From: Alphaproteobacteria bacterium
Lineage (GTDB): Bacteria; Pseudomonadota; Alphaproteobacteria; M2410
Reading direction: 5' to 3'
Assembly: GCA_006226415.1 (NCBI GenBank)
Contig: SBGZ01000085.1
Location: 23,645-87,644, forward strand
DNA: 64,000 nucleotides
Position 1 is the first letter of the stretch. Every line of letters starts with the position of its first letter. The notes beneath the pieces are model-generated. The model made no database searches. It was given only the letters and a program-made list of their open reading frames with translations, and was not told the origin of the DNA. A program made the position numbers and the translations under genes. Of the stretch, positions 42,601 to 51,583 are shown one piece after another.

Positions 42601-42814
42601 CCTGCACAGCTTCTTCGATCCGCGTCGCAATACCCAGTTCCACATCCTCCGGCGTCCCGCCGCGCAGCGACACCGCGACATTGATGTATTCCGGATCCGC
42701 CCGAGGAAAGACCTCCAGGGTCAATTGGGTCTTAATGGAAATGAGGCCCGTCACGATGATGACAAACATCAAAAGATTGGCGGCAACAGAATTTTTGGCA
42801 AACCACTCAATCAT
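39650..42814 (-). CDS. RND efflux transporter permease subunit (AcrB-like)
   Basis: 1054 aa; GIVVDDAIVTGEN, VNDSLVLVD, RFRPVFLTS. Confidence 0.95.
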   Translation of the reverse strand: MIEWFAKNSVAANLLMFVIIVTGLISIKTQLTLEVFPRADPEYINVAVSLRGGTPEDVELGIATRIEEAVQDLPGIERIESTSVEGSTSVSLKVDPDYDANDILEQVKSRVDAINTFPAEAEKPVISATIWKMPVIDVVVSGAHHEEEILRFAEQVRDDLLRLDAVSQAELGGVRKYEIAIEASQDRLRDLGLTLSDIASAIQSSSLDISAGNLKAAGGDVLIRSKGQAYRRTDFENIPVKTNPDGTIIRLSDVAAVNDSFEEGSLKVNYNGQQAAFINIHRVGNQSALEVAKAVRDYIDAKQTSLPEGMTLSYWDDDSEVLKDRLGILGSSALQGGALVLLLLALFLRPKIAMWVFVGIPVSFLGAVVVMSYMDISLNMMSAFGFIVVLGIVVDDAIVTGENVYSHLRTTETGLEAAIKGTKEVAVPVTFGVLTTVVAFAPIALVGGDMGRWFSPIAAVVIPVLLFSLIESKFVLPAHLKHVHLSKDDSKLNKVERWQQRFADGFEAWVLKYYRPLLRLTTENRYATLSGFVGVFVLILLLISFGWTRWIFFPPIEADRATASLTMPVGTPFEVTDAYIQRMYQAAEELQEKYRDDTTGLSPIEDILTITGATWQRSSNASNRGRVRFQVMSAEQRPSSLSKISAGELLQEWRGMIGNVPGAEALNFRASHFRPGNPVEVQLSGTSLDTLNEVGDRIKERLATYPTVFEIADSMSDGKEELKIEVTPQGHVLGLTRSDVARQVGQAFKGIQVQRIQRGRDDIRVIVRFPQSERSTLETLEEMLIRTPSGAQVPLSHVAALTPSKGPSQIRRVDRYRVLTVTADVDKEETNMTVLMGDIRDYIDNLLMQYPGISYSMEGEAKQQQEAMGSMQMAFFGVLFAIYCLLALPLKSYSQPIVIMSVIPFGLIGAVVGHWILGIYISFLSVLGLMALLGVLVNDSLVLVDYINQRTRAGERVEHAVLNAGVARFRPVFLTSVTTFFGLLPLMLDQSKSSQFLIPMAVSLGFGVLFATVITLIMVPTNVLIVEDIKRGLDWLWRLVRPGDKGHEHHLPGE

Positions 42815-44058
42815 GACGGAACCTTCTCCAAAGCCGGTTTGGCGCCTTGTTCCTGTGAAGAGGTCTCAGCGTCTTTTGCGCTTTCGCCAGCCACCTTGAC
42901 CCGGGTCCCCGAGGTCACTTGCCCCAATGGTGTGAGAACCAATTGGTCGCCAGGCGCAAGCCCGGACGTGACGAGAGCGACATGCGAATTCTGCCAGGCA
43001 ATTTCCAAATCCCTGCGTTGCAGAACACCGTCCACGGCGGTGTAAACATAAGTTCCCTGATAAACCGTCGCGACCGGGACTGTGACCGCTTTGGGGATCA
43101 GGCGGCCTTCGATCGTGGCGGTGACATATTCACCTATCTTAAGAGGGATGGTGCCATCGTCAGCGCCGGCAAACGGGTCATCCACCTGCGCCACCACGTG
43201 CAATTGCCGCGCGGTTTCGTCAATGGCACTTTCCGTGCGAACAATATGGGCCGTCCAGGTTTGCTTTGCGCCCAGCCGTGATTGTAATTCCACGCGGGGA
43301 CCCACAGGCGTTTCCCCCGATGTTCCTGCGAATTGTTCCGGCAAATCAATGAACCCAAGGTCATTGTTGTTGATCGGCAACCGCACTTCCACATTGTCGG
43401 TCGCATAGACCTCTGCCACTTGGGTATTAGTCGAAACAACCTGTCCGACATCGACAAACTTCTTCAAAAGTCGACCGTCAAAGGGAGCCGTGATCTGTGT
43501 ACGCTCCAGCGCGAGTTCGGCCTTTTCCAAAGAAGCTTCCGCTGAGGCCACGGTGGCCTCCGCCGCCATGAGTTGAGGCTTGCGCAAAACCAGATCATTG
43601 GGCGCTTGTGTATAACCGAGCGCATACCACTCTTCTTGCGCACGATCCGCCAGCGCCTTTTGCTCTTCATATTGCCGCATGGCATCCAGAAGTGTCGCCC
43701 GGGCAATTTTCACATTGGCATCATAGTCCCTGTTATCAAGCTTGAGCAGCACCTCGCCCTTCTTGAAGAAACCACCATCACGAAATTGGGGATTGAGCCA
43801 AAGCACCTGTCCGCTCACCTGGGCCACGAGGACACTCTGGGTCTGCGGCCGCACCGTACCATAACTTTGCAACTCAATCTGGAAGGGGCCTTCTGCCACC
43901 ACCATGGTCTCCACGGTGATTCTCGGCCCACTGGGCGGCGGCCGGCGGTGCGGCTCCGGAGCCATTGCGACAATCACCACCCCAACAATACCGACAAGAC
44001 CAATAATGGCCAGCGGGGCGATCACTTTGGGGCTCATCAAAAAATTTGTCATAAACAC
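42811..44058 (-). CDS. RND efflux periplasmic adaptor (MFP)
   Basis: N-terminal TM, VSGQV, LERT.I.APFDG, SGL..GD. Confidence 0.93.
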   Translation of the reverse strand: MFMTNFLMSPKVIAPLAIIGLVGIVGVVIVAMAPEPHRRPPPSGPRITVETMVVAEGPFQIELQSYGTVRPQTQSVLVAQVSGQVLWLNPQFRDGGFFKKGEVLLKLDNRDYDANVKIARATLLDAMRQYEEQKALADRAQEEWYALGYTQAPNDLVLRKPQLMAAEATVASAEASLEKAELALERTQITAPFDGRLLKKFVDVGQVVSTNTQVAEVYATDNVEVRLPINNNDLGFIDLPEQFAGTSGETPVGPRVELQSRLGAKQTWTAHIVRTESAIDETARQLHVVAQVDDPFAGADDGTIPLKIGEYVTATIEGRLIPKAVTVPVATVYQGTYVYTAVDGVLQRRDLEIAWQNSHVALVTSGLAPGDQLVLTPLGQVTSGTRVKVAGESAKDAETSSQEQGAKPALEKVPS

Positions 44059-44416
44059 TAGCTACTTCAAGCAAAAGGGCTGAATTTTCCGGCGAGCCCC
44101 CCCCCAAAGTCTGGCCAGACAATCCTATACCCTTATTGAACGATCCAAGGCACAATTTCCAGCTACAGATAGCAGAGATTTCGACATCATTTCTGCTATT
44201 TTTTGCCTGTTTTCCCAAGTTCAGGTCACAAATGCGGCATTTTTTGCCCGCGCCGGAACGGCTTCAAGCTACAATCTGATCCTGACAGGCCACGCCAAAA
44301 CGGTTGAATGGCTTGCACTCGCCCCCTAAGGCCAAGTATGACCCAAAGGGAAAGGCCTCGGAAAATGACCCCGAGTGCCAAGAAACAGCGCCTAGCCTGC
44401 GAAGAGGAACCACCAG

Positions 44417-45091
44417 ATGTCACTTGCTGACGCCGTCATTAAACCCATGCACCCGGAAGGGCGCAAATTCGTCGCCGCCTTCGCAGCGGTCACTTTCCTG
44501 CTCTTCCTGGTTTCCAATTTTCTCGGTTGGGTCGGGATTGGTCTCACAGTCTGGTGCTACTATTTCTTCCGGGATCCGGAGCGGGTCACCCCGAGACGCA
44601 AGGATCTCGTGATCTCCCCCGCAGACGGGGTCGTTTCACTGATCGAAAAAGCAACACCGCCCCCCGAGCTTGAGCTGGAAACCGGACCGCTGACCCGCGT
44701 CTCCATCTTCATGAATGTCTTCAATTGCCACGTGAACCGCGCCCCTGCCGAAGGACGCGTACGCCGCATCGCCTATCACCCCGGTAAGTTTCTCAATGCC
44801 TCCCTCGATAAGGCCAGCGAGGACAATGAACGTAATTCCCTTCATTTCAAATTGCCCGATGAACGCGATCTCATTGTGGTGCAGATTGCCGGTCTCGTTG
44901 CCCGGCGCATCGTCTGCTTTGTCAAGGAAGGCGCCGCCATGGAAACCGGCGAGCGCTTTGGCCTCATCCGCTTCGGCTCGCGTGTGGACGTTTATCTGCC
45001 CAATGGCGTGTCACCCTTGGTGGAAGTCGGTCAAACCATGATTGCCGGTGAAACAGTTCTGGCGAGCCTCTCATCAGGTCACAAGGAATAA
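44417..45091 (+). CDS. psd: Phosphatidylserine decarboxylase
   Basis: [25 protein letters not shown] (GS self-cleavage site). Confidence 0.96.
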   Translation: MSLADAVIKPMHPEGRKFVAAFAAVTFLLFLVSNFLGWVGIGLTVWCYYFFRDPERVTPRRKDLVISPADGVVSLIEKATPPPELELETGPLTRVSIFMNVFNCHVNRAPAEGRVRRIAYHPGKFLNASLDKASEDNERNSLHFKLPDERDLIVVQIAGLVARRIVCFVKEGAAMETGERFGLIRFGSRVDVYLPNGVSPLVEVGQTMIAGETVLASLSSGHKE

Positions 45092-45096
45092 CGCCG

Positions 45097-45861
45097 ATGC
45101 ACGGAAACTCGGAACGCCCGCGCACTTCTGAGCTGCCCCTTATTCAGCTCCTGCCGAATTTCTTGACCATCGCGGCCATTTGCGCAGGCCTCACGGCCAT
45201 CCGTTTCGGCTTTCAGGGCAATTACGAGCGCGCTGTGCTTCTCATCCTGGCCGCCGCCATCCTTGATGGGCTTGATGGCCGCCTGGCGCGAGCGCTGAAA
45301 AGTGACAGCAAGATGGGAGCGGAACTCGATTCGCTGGCCGATTTCCTGAACTTCGGCATCGCGCCGCCCCTCGTCATCTACTTCTGGGCGCTGCAGGACA
45401 CCAAATCCATGGGCTGGATGGCGGTACTGACCTATGCGGTCTGCTGCGTCGTGCGCCTCGCCCGTTTTAACGTCACGGCGAAGGCCGAACAGGAAGAGGG
45501 CCATAGCCGCAGTGACTATTTTGTCGGCGTGCCTTCGCCCGCTGGCGCCATGCTAGTCATGCTCCCCATGTTCATGTCGTTCTCCATCGCCACAGAGGTT
45601 GTCTTCCATGTCGGCGTCATCATGGGAAACATGGTGCTCATCGGCTTGCTTCTCATCAGCCGCATTCCCACCTGGTCCTTTAAAGCCATCACTATTTCGC
45701 GGCAGAATGTGAAATTCATACTTGTCGGCTTTGCCTTCCTGGCCGCCGCGCTCATGACATACGCCTGGGTGACGCTGGTGGTCTTATGCCTGGCTTATGT
45801 TGCCGGCGTTGTCTGGGCCCTGGCGTCCGGTAAAGTACCGCGCAAGCACATCAAGCTCTAA
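45097..45861 (+). CDS. pssA: CDP-diacylglycerol--serine O-phosphatidyltransferase
   Basis: DGLDGRLAR..S.MGAELDSLAD, RLARFN; adjacent to psd. Confidence 0.93.
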   Translation: MHGNSERPRTSELPLIQLLPNFLTIAAICAGLTAIRFGFQGNYERAVLLILAAAILDGLDGRLARALKSDSKMGAELDSLADFLNFGIAPPLVIYFWALQDTKSMGWMAVLTYAVCCVVRLARFNVTAKAEQEEGHSRSDYFVGVPSPAGAMLVMLPMFMSFSIATEVVFHVGVIMGNMVLIGLLLISRIPTWSFKAITISRQNVKFILVGFAFLAAALMTYAWVTLVVLCLAYVAGVVWALASGKVPRKHIKL

Positions 45862-45873
45862 GGGCGCCTTTTT

Positions 45874-46800
45874 ATGAACCCTGAAACGGAGATCTTCGTT
45901 GCAAACCTGGAAATGCGCAACAAGCTTCCGTTTCTTTTCAAGTTAGCCTCTTGTCTCGCCGGCAGGAAGATACGGGGAGCCTACAGAATCTACCATAGCG
46001 CCCTGCGCCTGAACGATGCGCAGGCCATATATCCCTTTACCTTGCCCGACAAAACGACCCTATGGGCCCCCCTTGATTGGCCGGGCATTATTCACCCCCA
46101 AGTCTTTGCCCGCTACGAGCCCGATGCGATCGAAGCCTTCTCAAATCTTGCCAACCAAACAGGCTGCCCCGTCCACCTGATTGATTGCGGAGCTGACATC
46201 GGCGTCTTCACACGGCTGACAATGTGCCAATTGGATAATCTATCCTCTATCACAGCGATTGAACCCAACCCGCGCTCCTATGCCATCTTGGAGAAAAACC
46301 TGTCGGAAACAGAACTGCCGACACGAGCCATCTGCGGCGCCGTTTCCAACTTCTCCGGATATGGCCGGCTCGTCGCTCCCAAGTCAGACACGCATGCGCA
46401 CGCCATGTACATCGAAGAAAGCGCGGGCCCCACACAAACCCCAATATGCCGGATTGACGACCTGGACCTGCCGCCTGGCGACACAATCGCGATGAAAGTG
46501 GATGTCGAAGGGGCCGAAACCAAGGTCCTTATGGGCGCGCAGCGCACATTGAAGGAGGCGGCGCATTTCGTTCTCCAAATCGAAGCGCACCCGCAGGTAT
46601 GCCGCAGAACAGGCAGCGACCCGGTTGAGTTCCTGCAGCTCATCAGCGAAATCCGTCCAGTCACCTGCACCGCCTTTGTCGAGAAGACGCGGGCGCGATA
46701 CGAAGTGACGGATTTCCAAACACCCCTTTTCGAACAACTGGACAATAACAACATTTACGATCTCGTTCTGCATTCAGTAGAAAGTTTAAATCCGACATGA
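45874..46800 (+). CDS. FkbM family methyltransferase
   Basis: IDCGADIG, IEPNP, MKVDVEGAE..VL.GA. Confidence 0.88.
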   Translation: MNPETEIFVANLEMRNKLPFLFKLASCLAGRKIRGAYRIYHSALRLNDAQAIYPFTLPDKTTLWAPLDWPGIIHPQVFARYEPDAIEAFSNLANQTGCPVHLIDCGADIGVFTRLTMCQLDNLSSITAIEPNPRSYAILEKNLSETELPTRAICGAVSNFSGYGRLVAPKSDTHAHAMYIEESAGPTQTPICRIDDLDLPPGDTIAMKVDVEGAETKVLMGAQRTLKEAAHFVLQIEAHPQVCRRTGSDPVEFLQLISEIRPVTCTAFVEKTRARYEVTDFQTPLFEQLDNNNIYDLVLHSVESLNPT

Positions 46801-48446
46801 CCCAAATCACCGTCTTTCCCGCCAAGAAGATCATCACCATGAACCCGGCGCAGCCAGAGGCAACAGCGGTGGCGGTGCGAGACGGGCGCATACTGGAAGT
46901 CGGCACCCTTGAAAGCTTAAGGCCCTGGCTGGAGGCTTTCCCGCACAAAATTGATGACCGGTTTAAAGATAAATTCCTGATGCCGGGCTTTATCGACCCG
47001 CATCTGCACCCCTCCATGGCCGCGGTGCTTTTGCCCATGCGTTTTGTCACCGCTATGGAATGGCGCCTGCCCTGGGAGATCGTCGCGCCGGTGACAACGC
47101 CGGAGGCTTTCCTTAAACGCGTCCGAGACATCGACGCGGAGATGGAAAGCCCTGAGGCGCCGCTCTTCATTTGGGGCTACCACCAACTCTGGCATGGGAA
47201 AATGCGCCGCGCGGCCTTGGACGACATCTCAAAGACCCGGCCCATCGTCATCTGGCATCGCTCCTTCCATGAGCTCTACATGAACAGCGCCTGCCTTAAA
47301 TGGGCCGGGATTGATGAGGCCAGCGCAGGCGGCCATCACCAGGTAGACATTGAGAACGGTCATTTCTTTGAAAACGGCCTCCGCCTCGCCATGGCCAAGC
47401 TCAATTCTTACCTCCTAAGCCCGGCTCACTACCACGAGGGCTTGAAGCGCCTCGCCCGGGTTGCACATTTTGGCGGGCATACCACCCTCGGCGACATGGC
47501 CGTGGGCATCTTTAACTTCGAGATGGAATGGCAAACCACCAAGACCTTCCTCGACACCGACGAGACCCCCTTCCGGGTTCAAATGATCCCCGCCAGCAAT
47601 ATTCTCTTTGGCGAAAAGGGCTCCAACGAAGCCGCCCTGGACTTCATCAAGACCTTGCCGGAGCGCAACACCAATCGCTTGCGCTTTTACGATCACGTCA
47701 AGCTTTTCACCGATGGCGCCTTTTTCTCGCAGCTCATGCAGCTCAAAGCGCCAGGCTATATCGACGGCCACCACGGCGAATGGCTCATGCCGCCGGAGCA
47801 TTTCGAAGCCGCCGCGCGCACTTACTGGAACGCCGGTTACAAAATTCATGTTCACTGCACCGGCGATCTTGGCGTCGATCTGGCGCTCGACACTTTGGCC
47901 AAGCTGCAGGAGGAAAAGCCGCGCTTTGGCCACCGCTTCACCATTGAGCACTTCGGCCTGTCAACACCGGAGCAGGTGCGCCGCATGAAGGAGCTGGGGG
48001 CGCTTGCCTCTGTCAACATCTATTACTTCCATGAGCTTTCCGGCACCTATGCCCGCGAGGGGCTTGGATTTGAACGGGCGAGCCAAATGGCGCGTGTTGG
48101 CTCTCTCCTGCGCGAAGGCGTGCCCTTTGCCTTCCATTCCGATTTCACCATGGCCCCGGCCCTGCCCTTAAACAGCGCATCCGTCGCTGCAACCCGCATC
48201 AATGCGGAGGGCACGCTCATGGGCGAAGACGAGCGCGTGCCGGTTCATGATGCTTTAAAAGCGATCACCTCAGAAGCGGCCTGGATCTTAGGCCTCGAAG
48301 ATGAGATCGGCTCCATACGCGCGGGTAAAAAGGCCGACTTTACCGTGCTGGAAGAAGACCCCTATCAGGTCGCGCCGGAATCTTTGAATGACATTCCCAT
48401 CTGGGGCACCATCTTTGAAGGCACCCCCCACGAGATCGTCCGATGA
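46797..48446 (+). CDS. Amidohydrolase_3 (YtcJ-like) metal-dependent hydrolase
   Basis: PGFIDPHLH, KLFTDG, HCTGD, TIEH, HSD, GKKADF. Confidence 0.9.
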   Translation: MTQITVFPAKKIITMNPAQPEATAVAVRDGRILEVGTLESLRPWLEAFPHKIDDRFKDKFLMPGFIDPHLHPSMAAVLLPMRFVTAMEWRLPWEIVAPVTTPEAFLKRVRDIDAEMESPEAPLFIWGYHQLWHGKMRRAALDDISKTRPIVIWHRSFHELYMNSACLKWAGIDEASAGGHHQVDIENGHFFENGLRLAMAKLNSYLLSPAHYHEGLKRLARVAHFGGHTTLGDMAVGIFNFEMEWQTTKTFLDTDETPFRVQMIPASNILFGEKGSNEAALDFIKTLPERNTNRLRFYDHVKLFTDGAFFSQLMQLKAPGYIDGHHGEWLMPPEHFEAAARTYWNAGYKIHVHCTGDLGVDLALDTLAKLQEEKPRFGHRFTIEHFGLSTPEQVRRMKELGALASVNIYYFHELSGTYAREGLGFERASQMARVGSLLREGVPFAFHSDFTMAPALPLNSASVAATRINAEGTLMGEDERVPVHDALKAITSEAAWILGLEDEIGSIRAGKKADFTVLEEDPYQVAPESLNDIPIWGTIFEGTPHEIVR

Positions 48447-49330
48447 CCACTCCGCCGCCCATCCCCACCGCCATCCCCGTCACTATCATTGGCGGTTATC
48501 TCGGCGCCGGCAAAACCACGCTGATCAATGAGCTGTTAAGCACCCATGACGGGCCGCCGCTCACCGTGCTCGTCAATGATTTTGGCGCCATCAATATCGA
48601 TAAGGATTTGATCGCCGCCCACGCCGGCGACACCCTTGAGCTCACCAACGGCTGCGTCTGTTGTTCCATCACCGACAGTCTGACCGACACCCTGCTGCGC
48701 CTGACCGAGCGCGAGGAAAAACCCCATCACATTGTGATTGAAGCAAGCGGCGCCGCGCATCCGGCCAAGATCGCTCTTACCGCCAGCAATTGGGGCGGCC
48801 TCGGCACGGCGCAAAGCCTTGTGCTGGTGGATGCCCTCACCCTAACGCAAAAAGAACGCGACAAATATGTGGGCGCCCTTATTCAGGACCAGATCCGCGA
48901 GGCGGATGTCCTCCTTCTGACCAAGCAGGATCTGGCACCCGAAGAAACAAAGGCCGCCGCACGCACGCGTCTTAATGCATTGAACGCGGCAGCCCTTCTC
49001 TTGGCGTCCTCCAACGAGGCGCGCATTATTTCAGGCGCGATGCCCACCGCCGCACCGCGCCAGCTCGAAGACAGCAAGGAACCACAGCTCTGGAGTTTTA
49101 CGCTTCAAGGGGGCCCGCACGAGCGCAAAGCCTTTGACGCGCGCCTCAAAGACATCGCGCCCCATTGCGAGCGCATCAAAGGCACTGTCGCCTATACGGA
49201 CGGCTCGGCCGAAGAACTTCAATGGGCGGGCGAGCGCTGGGCCCGCCAAGCCACACGAGCCTCTACCACGCGGCTGGTCTTCATCGGCGCTGAACGGATC
49301 GATCTGGAGGCCTGGCGCGGCCGGTTTTGA
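48443..49330 (+). CDS. COG0523/CobW-family G3E GTPase metallochaperone
   Basis: GYLGAGKTT, NDFG..NID, NGCVCC, IEASG, LTKQD. Confidence 0.9.
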   Translation: MTTPPPIPTAIPVTIIGGYLGAGKTTLINELLSTHDGPPLTVLVNDFGAINIDKDLIAAHAGDTLELTNGCVCCSITDSLTDTLLRLTEREEKPHHIVIEASGAAHPAKIALTASNWGGLGTAQSLVLVDALTLTQKERDKYVGALIQDQIREADVLLLTKQDLAPEETKAAARTRLNALNAAALLLASSNEARIISGAMPTAAPRQLEDSKEPQLWSFTLQGGPHERKAFDARLKDIAPHCERIKGTVAYTDGSAEELQWAGERWARQATRASTTRLVFIGAERIDLEAWRGRF

Positions 49331-49398
49331 AGGACCGACGCCCCTACCCTCGGCGCGCCGGGACTGCTATAAAGGCAAAGACGCAGAGGGAGGACAAG

Positions 49399-50679
49399 AT
49401 GGCCAATCGTGATATTCCGCAAAATTTTGACGAATACAGACCGCGCTCGACACCGGAGGCCGATCCCTGGTCTCTTGACCTTGAAGACATCGACATGGCC
49501 TATGGACGGCTTTTCAAGGAAGGCGCCCATCATGAATATTTCAAGCGGCTGCGCCAGGAAGACCCCGTTCATTATTACGCCCGCAATCCCTTTGTAGGGC
49601 CCTACTGGTCGGTCACCCGCTACAAGGATGTGATGGCCGTCGACACCAATCACAAGGTTTTCTCGTCCGAGCCCTCGATCGCTTTGATCGACAATCTTCT
49701 TCCCGGCGAAGTGGTCTCCTCTTTTATTGCCAGCGACCCGCCCAAGCATGACGTGGAGCGCAAAGCCGTCAATGGCGCGGTCTCTCCCTTCCGCCTGACC
49801 CAGCTGGACGATCTCATTCGCACCCGCACGGTAGAGGTCCTCGACGGCCTGCCTGTCGGCGTGCCGATCAACTGGGTGGAACATGTCTCCATTGAGCTCA
49901 CCACCCGCATGTTGGCAACACTTTTTGATTTCCCCTTCGAGCTGCGCCGCAAACTCACCTGGTGGTCAGATGTCTCTACCTCTGCTCCCAGCCAGATGGG
50001 CCTCACCAAGGACGAGCGCGTCCACCATCTCCTCGAATGTCTGGGCACCTTTACTGAGATGTTTAAGGCGCGGCAGTTTGAAGGCAATGAAAGCCAGGAT
50101 TTTATTTCTCTCCTCGCCAACAACCCTCAAACAAAGGACATGGAAGGGCTCGATCTCCTCGGCAATGTGCTCCTGCTCATCGTCGGCGGCAACGACACCA
50201 CCCGCAACTCCATGTCCGGCGGGGTCTGGTTCATGCACAAAAATCCGGGTGAGCTTGCCAAGCTCAAAGCCAATCCGGGTCTCATCCCGAGCGCGGTTTC
50301 GGAAATTATCCGCTACCAAACACCGCTCTCTTACATGCGCCGCACCGCCACCGAAGACATTATGTTTGAAGGCAAGCACATCAAGAAGGGCGACAAGGTG
50401 GTCATGTGGTACGCCTCGGCCAATCGCGACGAATCCGAGATCGACCGCCCGGACGAGTTTCTCATCGACCGCGACAAGCCGCGTCACCACGCCGCCTTTG
50501 GCTATGGCATCCACCGCTGCCTCGGCAACCGCGTCGCGGAAGCGCAGCTGCGCATTCTCTGGGAGGAAATCCTCAAGCGGTTTGACCGCATCGAAGTGCT
50601 CGGCAAGCCCGACTACCTCGACCACTCCTTCGTCCACGGCATCAAAACCCTGAACGTGCAATTGCATCCGAAGGGGTGA
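49399..50679 (+). CDS. Cytochrome P450, CYP153-like
   Basis: LLIVGGNDTTRNS I-helix, EIIRYQTPL, FGYGIHRCLG heme motif; GGAGG RBS. Confidence 0.93.
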   Translation: MANRDIPQNFDEYRPRSTPEADPWSLDLEDIDMAYGRLFKEGAHHEYFKRLRQEDPVHYYARNPFVGPYWSVTRYKDVMAVDTNHKVFSSEPSIALIDNLLPGEVVSSFIASDPPKHDVERKAVNGAVSPFRLTQLDDLIRTRTVEVLDGLPVGVPINWVEHVSIELTTRMLATLFDFPFELRRKLTWWSDVSTSAPSQMGLTKDERVHHLLECLGTFTEMFKARQFEGNESQDFISLLANNPQTKDMEGLDLLGNVLLLIVGGNDTTRNSMSGGVWFMHKNPGELAKLKANPGLIPSAVSEIIRYQTPLSYMRRTATEDIMFEGKHIKKGDKVVMWYASANRDESEIDRPDEFLIDRDKPRHHAAFGYGIHRCLGNRVAEAQLRILWEEILKRFDRIEVLGKPDYLDHSFVHGIKTLNVQLHPKG

Positions 50680-50772
50680 ACTTCTGCAGCAAAACTACAA
50701 AATTGATTGCTCATCAATTGACAGATCAAACATGGCTGCCTAGGTTTTCGCTCCCACGACCCGAGGCCATCC

Positions 50773-51579
50773 ATGCAGGAACTTATACCGCATAGCAGTC
50801 AGTGGTATGACCGGCTGAGCAAACAGCAAGAAGGGTATTACTATCCCTGGCAATCCACTGTCGCAGAAGGCAATGGAGAGGATGCCTATTTGCAGCTCGT
50901 TGGTAAGCACCTCTCAAGAAACACCAAAGTGTTGGACGTCGGTTGCGGCCATGGCGAGGTCGCCCTCGACCTAGCACCTCACTGCCAAACCATTACGGGA
51001 TATGATCAGGTCAAATCCTACATTGAAATTGCTGAGCGCAAACGCAAGGAAAGGGGTCTTTCAAATTCTCGTTTCATTTGTCATGACTCTCACAAAACGG
51101 CAAACGGCGGCAAAGTCCTTATCCCCTTGGCCGACAATTCTGTTGACCTGATAATATCAAGACGCGGACCCACCCATTGGATTGAGGACGCACATCGCGT
51201 TTGCAAAGATGACGCTTGCCTGATCCAACTCAACCCATTGGCACGAAAAGAAGAACCTATTTGGAACAAACAACTGCCTGAAGCCCTCAAAATGCCTTCA
51301 CCGGTTCGTGCTGAAGCAGAGTCAATTGTCAGTAAAATTGAAGATCGATTGGCCGCTGCAAACCTGCGCATCCACAGCGCCTGGACATTCGATGTAGCAG
51401 AATGGCTGCATGCCCCCATTGACCTTTACAAACTTCTGACCTTTGGAAGTGACCCGGCGGTTTGCGCTTCCTGGTCGGACGTTGAGGGAGCCCTGATCCG
51501 CATATTCGAAAATTATGCCAGTGAAAAAGGACTGGAAGACCGCAACCGGCGGTTTTTGTGGCAAGCAAGGATAACGTGA
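50773..51579 (+). CDS. Class I SAM-dependent methyltransferase
   Basis: VLDVGCGHG, VDLIISRRGP. Confidence 0.88.
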   Translation: MQELIPHSSQWYDRLSKQQEGYYYPWQSTVAEGNGEDAYLQLVGKHLSRNTKVLDVGCGHGEVALDLAPHCQTITGYDQVKSYIEIAERKRKERGLSNSRFICHDSHKTANGGKVLIPLADNSVDLIISRRGPTHWIEDAHRVCKDDACLIQLNPLARKEEPIWNKQLPEALKMPSPVRAEAESIVSKIEDRLAAANLRIHSAWTFDVAEWLHAPIDLYKLLTFGSDPAVCASWSDVEGALIRIFENYASEKGLEDRNRRFLWQARIT

Positions 51580-51583
51580 AACC

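Noticed and set aside
50701-50730. FNR-like TTGAT...ATCAA palindrome after the P450 gene
   Set aside because: The spacer is 5 nt rather than 4, so it cannot be assigned to FNR/FixK.
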